From a virus: 64,000 nt of DNA. Under the pieces are notes generated by a model. The model did no database searches. It was not told where the DNA came from and saw nothing but the letters and a program-made list of their open reading frames with translations. The DNA is taken from the UHGV virus genome UHGV-1430915. The stretch is one strand, 5' to 3'. Shown here in pieces: positions 37,739 through 47,154 of this stretch. Positions within the stretch are counted from its first letter, which is position 1. Each line of letters opens with the position of its first letter. The position numbers were made by a program, and so were the translations under genes.

Positions 37739-40050
37739 TCACCAAGGTAATTAAAAGCAACGGATGTGAAGTGGCATTCGATCCAGAACGTTTAAATAAG
37801 GCGGCTATTTTCGGTGACGACGGTAACGGCAATTGGTCACATATTGCACTGGATGCATACAAGCGGCTGTATGATGGATGTACAACCAAAGAAGTTAACC
37901 AAGCTATTATAGACTCTTGTGTTAGCCGTAAAGACGAAGCACATTCCCGTATGGCTGGTCGTGTTCTTATTGGTCAGATTTATAAAGAGGCTTTTGGAGG
38001 GTTTACAAAGATCCCTTCCTTACCATCATTTTACAATACCATGGTTGAGAAAGGGTATTGGGAGGATATGGGTTATAGCTTTACCGAGCTAAACACTTTA
38101 GACGCTGTTATTGACCACAGTAAAGATCTCGGTTATGGCTATGCAGTCCTTAAACAGTTTCGAGACAAATACGGGATCAAGGATACTCTTAAAGACACCC
38201 TGTTCGAATCTCCACAGATGATGTTTATGGGGATAGCGATGGCTGTCATGAAAAATATGCCGAAAGAACGCCGTATTGACGATGTTGTAAAATTATACAC
38301 TTATCTGTCAGACTTAAAGATCAATGCCCCGACACCGTACTTAAACGGGCTGCGCACAGGCAAGACAGGGTATGCATCTTGTTGTGTAATAAAAGCTGAC
38401 GATACAGCAAAATCTATTGGTGTGGCACGTGAAGTTGCATACACAATGACGGTTAACCAAGCAGGTATTGGCTACTATTTATCATCAAGATCTGCAGGTG
38501 ATGGTGTTCGTGGTAACACTATTAAACATATGGGCAAGATTCCATATTATCGAGGTATTGATGCTGGGGTTAAGGAGAACAGACAACAATCACGTGGCGG
38601 TTCTGCAACAGTATCATTCCTTGCACTGGACCCGCAGATTGATGAGCTAATCCGTTTGAGAAACCCTATGACTGTTGCTTCAAAAAGAATCAACACCATG
38701 GACTACTCTATAGGTATTAATAGGTCGTTTATCAACCGTGTGGCTAAAAATTTAGATTGGATGCTTGTTTCTTATAAGCACGCGCCTCAACTGCATGAAG
38801 GTATCTTCACCATGTCTATGGAGGAGTTTGATGCCGAGGTTGATCGTATCGCTAAAGATGACAGTATTCCTAAAACATGGATCCGAGCTAGAGATCTTGC
38901 TGTTGAGCTGATCACGCAGCGCACCGAGGTTGGAAGGTTGTACGTATACTGGACAGATGAGATGAATAGACATACACCTTTTAAAGATGTGATCTATTCA
39001 AGTAACCTGTGTGCAGAAATAGCCCTCCCGACAAAAGGCTATTCAGATATGCGTAATATCTTCAAGTACGATGTTGATGATGGCGAAGTTGCATTGTGCT
39101 TCCTGTCATCTCTTGTAGCTGGAAGGGTTACCCCAGAGGAGTATGAGGATGTTGCATACTACACGGTGCTTATGATTGACAATGTTATGGAAATCATGAC
39201 ATATCCGTATGAAAATATGGAGAGCACTGTTAAAAAACGCAGATCCATCGGGGTTGGCCTTACCAATGTTGCACATTTTATTGCCAGCCACAAGGTTGCT
39301 TACGGGTCTCCTGAAAGTAAACAGCTTGTTCACGATCTTGCAGAGCTCCACAGCTACAGCTTGCATAAGGCAAGTTTACGATTGGCAAAAGAGCGGGGTG
39401 TCTGTGAGTGGATGCATAAAACAAAATACCCGGAGGGTTGGTTACCAATCGACACTTATAACAAAGAGGTCGATAGTGTGGTGAAAGATCCTTCTCTTAA
39501 GCAGGATTGGGAAGGGTTACGTAAAGAAATCATTGAAAATGGTGGGCTACGTAATAGCGTTCTTGAAGCATATATGCCTAATGAAAGCTCTTCGCTGGCA
39601 ACAAACACCACTAACGGGGTTTATCCTGTCCGTGAGCACATTATCTTTAAAAAGTCGCCACAAGGGCAGGTGCTGTTTATCGTTCCTGAATATGATGAAC
39701 TGAAAGAGTATTATACCTCTGCCTGGGACGTTGATACTAACGACATGATTGATATGTATGCTGTGATTCAAAAATTCACAGGACAGGCAATTAGTGCTGA
39801 CCTATATATTGATTACACCAAGTTGAAAGATGGTAAAATTTCAATGAAGGAGCAGCTGGGGTATCTTATCCGTGCTACTAAATTCGGGATGAAGACATGG
39901 TATTACTTAAACTCTCGGGTTGGTGCTGGTGACTCTTTGACAGAGGAGCTTCACGCGAAGAAACAGGCTGAAGATGAAACCAGAAAGAACTATCCTTTGA
40001 TTGCAGATAGTTCAGTTGAAGATCCATATTGCGAAAGTTGTGCACTGTAA
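37735..40050 (+). CDS. nrdA: ribonucleotide reductase class Ia large subunit
   Basis: 771 aa, N-terminal ATP-cone-like segment, followed by nrdB; typical phage nrd operon. Confidence 0.85.
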   Translation: MITKVIKSNGCEVAFDPERLNKAAIFGDDGNGNWSHIALDAYKRLYDGCTTKEVNQAIIDSCVSRKDEAHSRMAGRVLIGQIYKEAFGGFTKIPSLPSFYNTMVEKGYWEDMGYSFTELNTLDAVIDHSKDLGYGYAVLKQFRDKYGIKDTLKDTLFESPQMMFMGIAMAVMKNMPKERRIDDVVKLYTYLSDLKINAPTPYLNGLRTGKTGYASCCVIKADDTAKSIGVAREVAYTMTVNQAGIGYYLSSRSAGDGVRGNTIKHMGKIPYYRGIDAGVKENRQQSRGGSATVSFLALDPQIDELIRLRNPMTVASKRINTMDYSIGINRSFINRVAKNLDWMLVSYKHAPQLHEGIFTMSMEEFDAEVDRIAKDDSIPKTWIRARDLAVELITQRTEVGRLYVYWTDEMNRHTPFKDVIYSSNLCAEIALPTKGYSDMRNIFKYDVDDGEVALCFLSSLVAGRVTPEEYEDVAYYTVLMIDNVMEIMTYPYENMESTVKKRRSIGVGLTNVAHFIASHKVAYGSPESKQLVHDLAELHSYSLHKASLRLAKERGVCEWMHKTKYPEGWLPIDTYNKEVDSVVKDPSLKQDWEGLRKEIIENGGLRNSVLEAYMPNESSSLATNTTNGVYPVREHIIFKKSPQGQVLFIVPEYDELKEYYTSAWDVDTNDMIDMYAVIQKFTGQAISADLYIDYTKLKDGKISMKEQLGYLIRATKFGMKTWYYLNSRVGAGDSLTEELHAKKQAEDETRKNYPLIADSSVEDPYCESCAL

Positions 40051-40054
40051 TTTA

Positions 40055-40078
40055 AAAAGGGGCTTCGGCCCCATTTTA
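40055..40078 (+). terminator. candidate intrinsic terminator/attenuator
   Basis: GGGGC-ttcg-GCCCC hairpin followed by ATTTT between nrdA and nrdB. Confidence 0.45.
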
Positions 40079-40089
40079 GAGGTAGAATA

Positions 40090-41178
40090 ATGGCTGTATT
40101 TAATACTGAGAACACTGCTCATAAAACTGGTGATTATCCGCTGTTTTTAGGACAGCAGATGGGGATGTACGACTCTATTAACAAAAAGTACCCACAGCTG
40201 TTTGAACTATACAAAAAACAAAAAGAACAAGATTGGGCAGAGGACGAAGTAGATTTGTCACAGTCTATTTCGGATTTCGTAACATGCTCAAAGTCAACTT
40301 ACGATGTGATGGTGCAGACACTTATGTGGCAATGGGAGGCAGACAGTGTTGCAGCAAGATCTATCATTTGTCTGTTTTCACCATTTATCACCAATAGTGA
40401 ACTTTTCACCTTGTTGATGAAGCAGTCTGAGATTGAGGTTCTTCATGCATTAACTTACTCAGAGATTGTTAGACAATGCCTTCCTAATGCTCGTGAGATT
40501 ATAGAAGAGATTCAGGAAAACCAGAACGTGCTGAGCAGATCTGGAGTTATTGTCAAATATATGCAAGAGCTTGAGGTTATTGGTGCAAAATACCGACTGG
40601 ATCCTTCCAGTGTTGAAGAGGATGTTGTACGGAAATGTATCCTTAGAGCACTTTTTGCACTTTTAGCTCTAGAAAGTATTGAGTTTATTGCAAGTTTTGC
40701 ATGTACGTTCGCAGTAGCTGAGCAAGGTATTTTTGTTCAAGTTGCACAACTCGTTCAAAAAATTATGCTTGATGAAATGCTGCATTCGAAAGGCGATTTT
40801 GCTATCATCGATATCCTGCTTGATGATCCTGCATGGGAGCAAAGCTTTCTTGAGATTAAGGGTGAGTTAAAAGAAATTCTTGACGAAGTGCGAATCAAGG
40901 AGTACGGTTGGAGTGACTATATTTTCAGCGAAGGAAGAGCAATTATAGGTCTTAACTCACCATTACTTAAAGAATGGGTTGACTATAACTGCTCACCGAT
41001 TTATGATTACTACAACATCGACAAAGACTTTGTGCCGCCAACAAAGGACCCGTTACCGTTTATGCAGGTGTGGATGAAACCTTCACTGCAACAGACGGCT
41101 AACCAGGAAATGTCTAACACCGACTACCGCGTCAACACAACTGTTAATGACGCTGAAGAAGAAATTTGGGAGTTTTAA
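40090..41178 (+). CDS. nrdB: ribonucleotide reductase class Ia small subunit
   Basis: 362 aa, position after nrdA, helical protein with conserved acidic/His-containing helices. Confidence 0.75.
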   Translation: MAVFNTENTAHKTGDYPLFLGQQMGMYDSINKKYPQLFELYKKQKEQDWAEDEVDLSQSISDFVTCSKSTYDVMVQTLMWQWEADSVAARSIICLFSPFITNSELFTLLMKQSEIEVLHALTYSEIVRQCLPNAREIIEEIQENQNVLSRSGVIVKYMQELEVIGAKYRLDPSSVEEDVVRKCILRALFALLALESIEFIASFACTFAVAEQGIFVQVAQLVQKIMLDEMLHSKGDFAIIDILLDDPAWEQSFLEIKGELKEILDEVRIKEYGWSDYIFSEGRAIIGLNSPLLKEWVDYNCSPIYDYYNIDKDFVPPTKDPLPFMQVWMKPSLQQTANQEMSNTDYRVNTTVNDAEEEIWEF

Positions 41179-41181
41179 TAT

Positions 41182-41460
41182 ATGAGTTGTGAAAAATCTT
41201 TTTTCATTATCATCTACGGTAAGGATAACTGCCCACATTGTGTAAGAGCAAAAGAATTTGCAGTAAGCAAAGGTATACCTTTCGTATACAAGACGCTCGG
41301 TGAAGGATACACAAAAGAAGAGCTTATTGAGAAGTGTAGTCCATTTGTTCCCAGAACGTTGCCTCAGATCTTCTTGGAAAGCAACCTTGATAGTGTCCAC
41401 ATAGGTGGTGCTGACGATTTCATCTCTTTTGTTAAGAATGGTCTTGGAGAGAAAAAGTGA
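41182..41460 (+). CDS. glutaredoxin/thioredoxin-fold redoxin
   Basis: Active site CPHC at N-terminus of 92-aa protein in nrd operon. Confidence 0.7.
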   Translation: MSCEKSFFIIIYGKDNCPHCVRAKEFAVSKGIPFVYKTLGEGYTKEELIEKCSPFVPRTLPQIFLESNLDSVHIGGADDFISFVKNGLGEKK

Positions 41461-43580
41461 AAGTTGTAAAACGGGACGGCAGAGAAGAGGTCTATAACGG
41501 AGTTAAGGTAATCAAGGCGGCAGAGTCCGCCTTACTTGAGTCTGGGCATACTGAAGAAGAAGCTTACCGGATCGCTTGTGCGGTTAATGAAGTTGTTGCC
41601 AACAATCTACCAACCGACCAGTGCACGATCTCTGTAAAAAATATCCATATCCTTGTTGAAGATGCTCTTATGGATATGGGTTTAAAATGTGCAGCCAGAG
41701 AATATATCCAGTATAGACAGACAAGAGATAATAACAGAGAGGCAGGTGGAAAACTGCTTGCAGATATTAGTGGCTTCTTGGATCGAACTTGTGATGAATT
41801 TACAAAAGAAAACGCAAATAAGCCCACTAATCATGTACATACTCATCGTGACCTGCTTGCAGGTATCCTTAGCAAACACCTTGCATCAACACAGATACTG
41901 CCAGATCGTGTCTCCGAAGAGCACAACAAGGGATTCATCCATGTGCATGATCTTGACTATCTGATCAGTCCGTTAACAAACTGCTGTTTGGTGAATTATC
42001 CGGATATGCTGGAAAACGGATTCAACATTGGCAACGCCCATGTCAGTAAGCCGAAGTCAATAGGGGTTGCAACAACAATCCTCAGCCAAATCTCTAGTGC
42101 AGTAGCTAGTGCTCAATATGGTGGTCAGACCATGAGCCATATTGATCATTATCTGGCGCAGTATGCTGAAGCAACCTATGAGAAGAATCTTAAATTTTGT
42201 CAGGAACATTGGTTGCCGGATGCTGAGACTGTTGCAATGCAAATGACGGATAAAGACGTGTTTGATAGTATGCAAACTTTGCTATACCAAATCAATACGT
42301 TAACTTCTGTCAACGGGCAAACTCCATTCATCACATTAAGTTTAGGACTGGATACCTCAATCTTTGGTAGAATGATTACCAAAAACTACCTGAAAGTCCA
42401 CAAAATGGGTCTTGGTGAAGAACGTATCACACCTGTGTTCCCTAAGGTGTTGTTCTTCCTGGAGGAGGGTATCAACATGAACCCCGAGGATCCTAACTAT
42501 GATTTGAAACGATTAGCTCTGGAATGCTCTGCAGAGCGGATTTATCCTGACTTCGTATCTGTACCACTAAATAGAAAAGTGACAGGTTCAACAGAAGGTA
42601 ATGTCACAAGCATGGGTTGCCGGAGTTTTCTTAGCAAATACAATGACTTGGAAACAGGAGAGGAGAAATACCTTGGCAGATTTAACTTAGGTGTTGTTAG
42701 CCTTAACCTACCAATGATTGCAGCCAAAGCTAAAACGGAAGGTGTTGATTTCTTTGCAGTTCTTGACGAGTACTTGGATCTGGCCTACGAGGCTCACCTT
42801 GTAAGGGTTAACCGTCTAAAAGGAACAAAGGCAGGGCAGAACCCCATCATGTGGTGTGAAGGAGCCCTTGCTCGCCTGGATCCTGAAGAGAGTATTGATA
42901 AACTCTTCTATGACGGGTATGCTTCCATAAGTATTGGATATATTGGTGTGTATGAAACCTGCCAGATTTTAGGCAGAGAGGGAGACAAGTCCTTAGCTCT
43001 TGGGATCCTTCAGCACATGAAAGACGCTTGTGATCGGTACAAAAAAGAAAGTGGTCTGGCATTCAGCTTGTACGGCACTCCTTCAGAGAGCTTGTGCTAT
43101 AAGGCTGCAACATGTCTAGATCGTGAATATCCTGAAGTGTTGAAGCACGAGCACGAATACCTTACCAACAGTTTCCACCAGCCCGTGTGGATCAATAGTT
43201 CACCTTTTGACAAGTGGAAGTATGAGGAAGGTTTTGCTATGATCTCTTCTGGCGGCAACATTGGATACATAGAAACACCTAACCTGAAAAACAACCTGGA
43301 TGCTTTGGAAGCCCTTGTCGATTTCGGGTATAAACACATTATGTATTTTGGTATTAACCAACCTGTGGATAAATGCCTTAAGTGTGGATTCTCTGGTGAG
43401 TTCAGTGCAACAGCTAAAGGCTTTGTATGCCCAGAGTGTGGAAACCATGAAGAAGGAACGATCAGCGTGATTAGACGTGTATCTGGGTATTTGTCTAGTC
43501 CAAACTCCCGTCCTTACAACAAAGGTAAGCAAGCGGAAGTTATAGAACGGGTTAAGCACTACGGAAGTTGTGGTTGCTGA
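41457..43580 (+). CDS. nrdD: anaerobic ribonucleotide reductase class III
   Basis: 707 aa, C-terminal glycyl-radical motif RRVSGYL preceded by Cys zinc site CLKCG...CPECG; followed by nrdG. Confidence 0.85.
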   Translation: MKVVKRDGREEVYNGVKVIKAAESALLESGHTEEEAYRIACAVNEVVANNLPTDQCTISVKNIHILVEDALMDMGLKCAAREYIQYRQTRDNNREAGGKLLADISGFLDRTCDEFTKENANKPTNHVHTHRDLLAGILSKHLASTQILPDRVSEEHNKGFIHVHDLDYLISPLTNCCLVNYPDMLENGFNIGNAHVSKPKSIGVATTILSQISSAVASAQYGGQTMSHIDHYLAQYAEATYEKNLKFCQEHWLPDAETVAMQMTDKDVFDSMQTLLYQINTLTSVNGQTPFITLSLGLDTSIFGRMITKNYLKVHKMGLGEERITPVFPKVLFFLEEGINMNPEDPNYDLKRLALECSAERIYPDFVSVPLNRKVTGSTEGNVTSMGCRSFLSKYNDLETGEEKYLGRFNLGVVSLNLPMIAAKAKTEGVDFFAVLDEYLDLAYEAHLVRVNRLKGTKAGQNPIMWCEGALARLDPEESIDKLFYDGYASISIGYIGVYETCQILGREGDKSLALGILQHMKDACDRYKKESGLAFSLYGTPSESLCYKAATCLDREYPEVLKHEHEYLTNSFHQPVWINSSPFDKWKYEEGFAMISSGGNIGYIETPNLKNNLDALEALVDFGYKHIMYFGINQPVDKCLKCGFSGEFSATAKGFVCPECGNHEEGTISVIRRVSGYLSSPNSRPYNKGKQAEVIERVKHYGSCGC

Positions 43581-43583
43581 TAC

Positions 43584-43613
43584 TTGACAAAAGCCACAAG
43601 GATGTGGCATATT
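43584..43613 (+). promoter_or_regulatory. weak sigma70-like promoter with hairpin CCACA-agga-TGTGG
   Basis: TTGACA followed by hairpin and TATTGT-like element; weaker -10 spacing. Confidence 0.35.
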
Positions 43614-43643
43614 GTTATCACACAGTAAACTAGGAGGTGCAGT

Positions 43644-43760
43644 ATGTCTACAGGTATTTATAAAATTTGCAAGTGCGGTTGTCATTGCAATCTTCGTTGG
43701 TGTAAGGCACTGGACGATTTTATTTGGCATTGTCCTAAATGCGATGCGGAGTACTTATGA
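43644..43760 (+). CDS. small Cys-rich zinc-ribbon protein (38 aa)
   Basis: ATG after AGGAGG RBS; sequence MSTGIYKICKCGCHCNLRWC...HCPKCDAEYL; stop overlaps nrdG start (ATGA). Confidence 0.4.
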   Translation: MSTGIYKICKCGCHCNLRWCKALDDFIWHCPKCDAEYL

Positions 43761-44230
43761 ATATTGTCGGATACACAGAAATATCCTACACCGAAGGGCC
43801 GGGTCTCAGGACGGCCTTGTGGGTATCTGGGTGCCCACACGCTTGTCCTGGTTGCTTTAATCAAGCATTTTGGTCAAAAGATAAGGGAAGAGAATTCACC
43901 GAAGAAGATTTGCAGAGAATTTTGTCAGATTTAGACAATGAATCTATATGCGGTATTTCTTTGCTTGGTGGAGAACCTTTGGCTACGTATAATGAGCCCG
44001 GTATTATTAAACTTATGAGGAGAATTAAGGAAAAGTTTGGTGACAAGAAAACTATTCTTGTGTATACTGGGTTCACATTTGAGCATATCTCTAGTGATGT
44101 TCTTGAGCTGGCTGATATCATCATTGATGGCAAGTATGTAAAAGATTTACCAACAAAGAAACCATTCCGAGGCAGCGATAACCAAAGAATGTTTAAAAAG
44201 GTAGCAGGCGGTTGGGTTCAGGTTGACTAG
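43757..44230 (+). CDS. nrdG: anaerobic ribonucleotide reductase activating enzyme (radical SAM)
   Basis: N-terminal Cys cluster GCPHACPGC typical of NrdG; follows nrdD. Confidence 0.75.
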   Translation: MNIVGYTEISYTEGPGLRTALWVSGCPHACPGCFNQAFWSKDKGREFTEEDLQRILSDLDNESICGISLLGGEPLATYNEPGIIKLMRRIKEKFGDKKTILVYTGFTFEHISSDVLELADIIIDGKYVKDLPTKKPFRGSDNQRMFKKVAGGWVQVD

Positions 44231-44233
44231 TCG

Positions 44234-44263
44234 TTGACAAAGCTTTGGTAAGTTGGTTATAAT
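44234..44263 (+). promoter_or_regulatory. sigma70 consensus promoter TTGACA-N18-TATAAT
   Basis: Consensus hexamers downstream of nrdG. Confidence 0.5.
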
Positions 44264-44292
44264 TATCGTAATGAAAGCAGAGGAGGTGCCAA

Positions 44293-44406
44293 ATGGCTAA
44301 AAAAGCCTTGAAGAAGGCGTACAAGAAAGAGATTGCGCTTGAGCTTAAGAAAAAACACAAGCGTGAAAAGAAATGTCATGAAGATGAAGAGGGGGTGCAA
44401 CAGTGA
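44293..44406 (+). CDS. small highly basic peptide (37 aa)
   Basis: GGAGGT RBS, MAKKALKKAYKKEIALELKKKHKREKK...; stop overlaps GTG start of next ORF. Confidence 0.35.
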   Translation: MAKKALKKAYKKEIALELKKKHKREKKCHEDEEGVQQ

Positions 44407-44753
44407 CACAAGAGCGTATTGATTTAGCCAGTAAGTTTGTAGATCTCATTTTGCCACGGTTGGTTACTCAACATGCAGACGCTATTTCTACCAATCTTGA
44501 TGGCTTACGCCTAATGCTGAACCGAACAGATGATCCACGTATTCGGGCCGATTTAGAGGCCTCTGCCAACAAACTGGAAAAGTTCTTGCAAGTAGATACG
44601 CAAGAAGCCTTGCACAAGATTATGGTGGAAGGTTTCTCTAAAGAATTCACCGTTAAAGAGCTTAAGGAGCTGATCCGCCAAGAAGAGATGAATATCCGAG
44701 TTCAGGCTGTTGCAAGCAGCATGGAAGCGGCTATTGAAAAACTGTTGCAGTAG
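44403..44753 (+). CDS. hypothetical protein
   Basis: 116-aa helical ORF. Confidence 0.45.
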   Translation: MTQERIDLASKFVDLILPRLVTQHADAISTNLDGLRLMLNRTDDPRIRADLEASANKLEKFLQVDTQEALHKIMVEGFSKEFTVKELKELIRQEEMNIRVQAVASSMEAAIEKLLQ

Positions 44754-44791
44754 AAGTTCTTGACACATCTCAATCTGAAAGGAGTCCCAAC

Positions 44792-45580
44792 ATGGGTCGA
44801 GCTAAAGAAACAAAACGCATGCGTGATGAAGCCAAAGAGGCTCGCAAATCTGATCGTCTGCGTAAGGCTGCTGAGAAATTTGCTGACGAACGAGAGCACA
44901 CAGCTCCAGCTCTCAGACCAATGAACAAAAAGCAGCAAAAGTATCTTGATTATCTAGGATCGCGTAAGATTATTATTGTAAACGGTGTGTTTGGATCCGG
45001 TAAGACATTCATGGCATCCGCATATGCAGGTGATCTTTTGCGTAAGAACGAGATTGATAAGATCATTGTTGCACGCCCTTACGTTCAGACAGGAAAGACT
45101 TCAGGGTTTAAACCTGGAAACGCAATGCAGAAACTGTGGCCCTATCTCCGAAGCATGATGGACACGATTTGTCGTCGTGTTGGCAAAGGTGCTTTTGCCG
45201 CAATGCTGGGGGATGGTCAGAACAGTCGTATCGAGATCTGTGAAGTTGAAAGCATTCGTGGTCGTAGTTTCGATGAGCGGTGCTTTGTCCTAATTGACGA
45301 GGCACAGCAAACTAACCCTGAAGAAATGTTATCAATTATCACAAGGATCTCTGATCAGGCCACACTTGTAATCATGGGTGATAATAGCCAACGTGACATC
45401 CCTGGTAAGTCTGGGCTTGCATGGGTAACGGATTTCTTTACTCGTCATCCAGATCCTGAGGTTGGGATGATTAGCTTTGATAGTCCAGACGATGTCGTTC
45501 GTTCTGGGTTGGGTCGTCAGATCGCACTCAATCTTATTGAGGATCGTGCAAATCATATTTGGACCCCTGTTTCCGAGTAA
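44792..45580 (+). CDS. phoH: PhoH-like ATPase
   Basis: Walker A VNGVFGSGKTFMA and overall PhoH-family architecture, 262 aa. Confidence 0.8.
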   Translation: MGRAKETKRMRDEAKEARKSDRLRKAAEKFADEREHTAPALRPMNKKQQKYLDYLGSRKIIIVNGVFGSGKTFMASAYAGDLLRKNEIDKIIVARPYVQTGKTSGFKPGNAMQKLWPYLRSMMDTICRRVGKGAFAAMLGDGQNSRIEICEVESIRGRSFDERCFVLIDEAQQTNPEEMLSIITRISDQATLVIMGDNSQRDIPGKSGLAWVTDFFTRHPDPEVGMISFDSPDDVVRSGLGRQIALNLIEDRANHIWTPVSE

Positions 45581-45624
45581 TACAGAAGGGTGGTTATTCC
45601 ACCCTTAAATATCTAAAACAGTTG

Positions 45625-45653
45625 TTGACAAATAGGTAAGCTTTAGATATTAT
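45625..45653 (+). promoter_or_regulatory. sigma70-like promoter TTGACA-N17-TATTAT
   Basis: Consensus hexamers upstream of 45682 ORF. Confidence 0.5.
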
Positions 45654-45681
45654 TATCGGACAAAACAGAGAGAAGGACAGT

Positions 45682-45993
45682 ATGGCTACAATACAAGAGA
45701 AACTGAATAAAATATACTGCCTGTTTGTCTATAACGGCGAGACAATTTTGGCAAATAAGGGATCCAAGAATGTGTGGACCAAGGCCAGCGGTGGTAATAT
45801 AATTAACTTAGCGTTGCTACGTGAGCGCCGACACAGATTCTTTATCGAGTCTCGAATTATTGAAAGCAGCACTTGCTACAGAACAGGCGATAAAGTAATT
45901 GTTGACAATGATACGTGGTATGTGGTAGACTGGCAATCATTGAGCTGTGATGCTTCTGACAATCGTAAGTATTCCATAGTGATTGCTAAATAA
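45682..45993 (+). CDS. hypothetical protein
   Basis: 103-aa ORF. Confidence 0.45.
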   Translation: MATIQEKLNKIYCLFVYNGETILANKGSKNVWTKASGGNIINLALLRERRHRFFIESRIIESSTCYRTGDKVIVDNDTWYVVDWQSLSCDASDNRKYSIVIAK

Positions 45994-46053
45994 AGGTAAA
46001 TGTGAATCAGGTTTAAATAAATAGCTTTCAACTTCCAATATTAAGGATTTCTC

Positions 46054-47103
46054 ATGAATTTAACACCTCGCAGAACCATGGTACACGGCATGAAAGAAAA
46101 ACAGAACGGTTTCGAACCTATGAGTAATAAAATGTTTGGTATGCCGGGCGGTATCATGGAAACATACAGCTACCCAACACCTGTTGTTGACCACGTTCTT
46201 TATATCGACGATTTGGAAGACTTACAAGACCATATGTCTCGTCTGCAGACGATCCGTATGGCTCAGCCGGAAGAAAGCATTCGGGTGATCATCAATAGCC
46301 CTGGGGGTTGCGTGCACATTGCAATGGCTTATCTGCAGGCATTCCGAGAGTCTCAGGCAAGCGTTGTCGTACACGCTGAAGGGATGTGCTGCTCAGCAGG
46401 AACAATCTTATGGCTGGGTTGCAAAGAACGCACTGTGGCTCCGGACACAGAATTTATGTTCCACTACTATCAAGGTGGCACTTATGGTAACGGTGTGAAC
46501 ATGAATACTCAGGTCAGCTACTGGAAAAAACGTTTTGAACGCCTGATTGAAAAATACTACGGTGGGGTGCTGACAGAAGATGAGATCGCATCCATCACAG
46601 CTGGCGGTGAAGTGTGGTTGGATGGAGAAGAGCTGGCATCTAGAACTGGTGCTATCATCTTGGACGATGAAAACATTCAGCGCATTCAGAATGGACAGAA
46701 ACCGAAAAAGCTTTTGGCAAAAAGAGATGAAGAAGGTGTGTTAGGTGAGGCAGGCCTTCCAGAGATTCACCAATGCACATCTTTGGACGAGCTGGTTCAT
46801 GCTGTTGAGTCTGCAAAAGAAAATGGTATGAAAGGTGATGTTCACACTGTGTTCCTGAATCTACAGATGGAGAGTGGTGAGACCGTTAAGATTGCACTAG
46901 GTGAGATTACCTCGGAAGATCTGCAGCGATTCTCTGTGGTAGAGCTTCAGGACATTTTGTCCCAATTGAAAACTACCCTGAACGGAGGTGAAGAAGTTCA
47001 GGTGAAAGATAAGACTCGCAAGCGTCTGGTGGACAATATTATTAAAACAGCAAAAGAGCTTAATGAAAAAATCCTGGGCGCAGGAATTGTCGAAGAAGCT
47101 TAA
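46054..47103 (+). CDS. ClpP-family serine protease-like protein with C-terminal extension
   Basis: ClpP signature INSPGGCV, Ser block GMCCSAG, His block FMFHYY; true start may be an internal Met. Confidence 0.65.
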   Translation: MNLTPRRTMVHGMKEKQNGFEPMSNKMFGMPGGIMETYSYPTPVVDHVLYIDDLEDLQDHMSRLQTIRMAQPEESIRVIINSPGGCVHIAMAYLQAFRESQASVVVHAEGMCCSAGTILWLGCKERTVAPDTEFMFHYYQGGTYGNGVNMNTQVSYWKKRFERLIEKYYGGVLTEDEIASITAGGEVWLDGEELASRTGAIILDDENIQRIQNGQKPKKLLAKRDEEGVLGEAGLPEIHQCTSLDELVHAVESAKENGMKGDVHTVFLNLQMESGETVKIALGEITSEDLQRFSVVELQDILSQLKTTLNGGEEVQVKDKTRKRLVDNIIKTAKELNEKILGAGIVEEA

Positions 47104-47115
47104 ACATTAATTCTA

Positions 47116-47140
47116 AAGCCCTCTTCGGAGGGCTTTTATG
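47116..47140 (+). terminator. intrinsic terminator
   Basis: AGCCCTC-ttcg-GAGGGCT hairpin followed by TTTTAT. Confidence 0.55.
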
Positions 47141-47154
47141 ATCTGGAGATTTGC

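Noticed and set aside
43612-43860. 82-aa ORF overlapping the nrdG start
   Set aside because: Out of frame with nrdG and hydrophobic low-complexity; the region is better explained by the small zinc-ribbon ORF plus nrdG starting at 43757.
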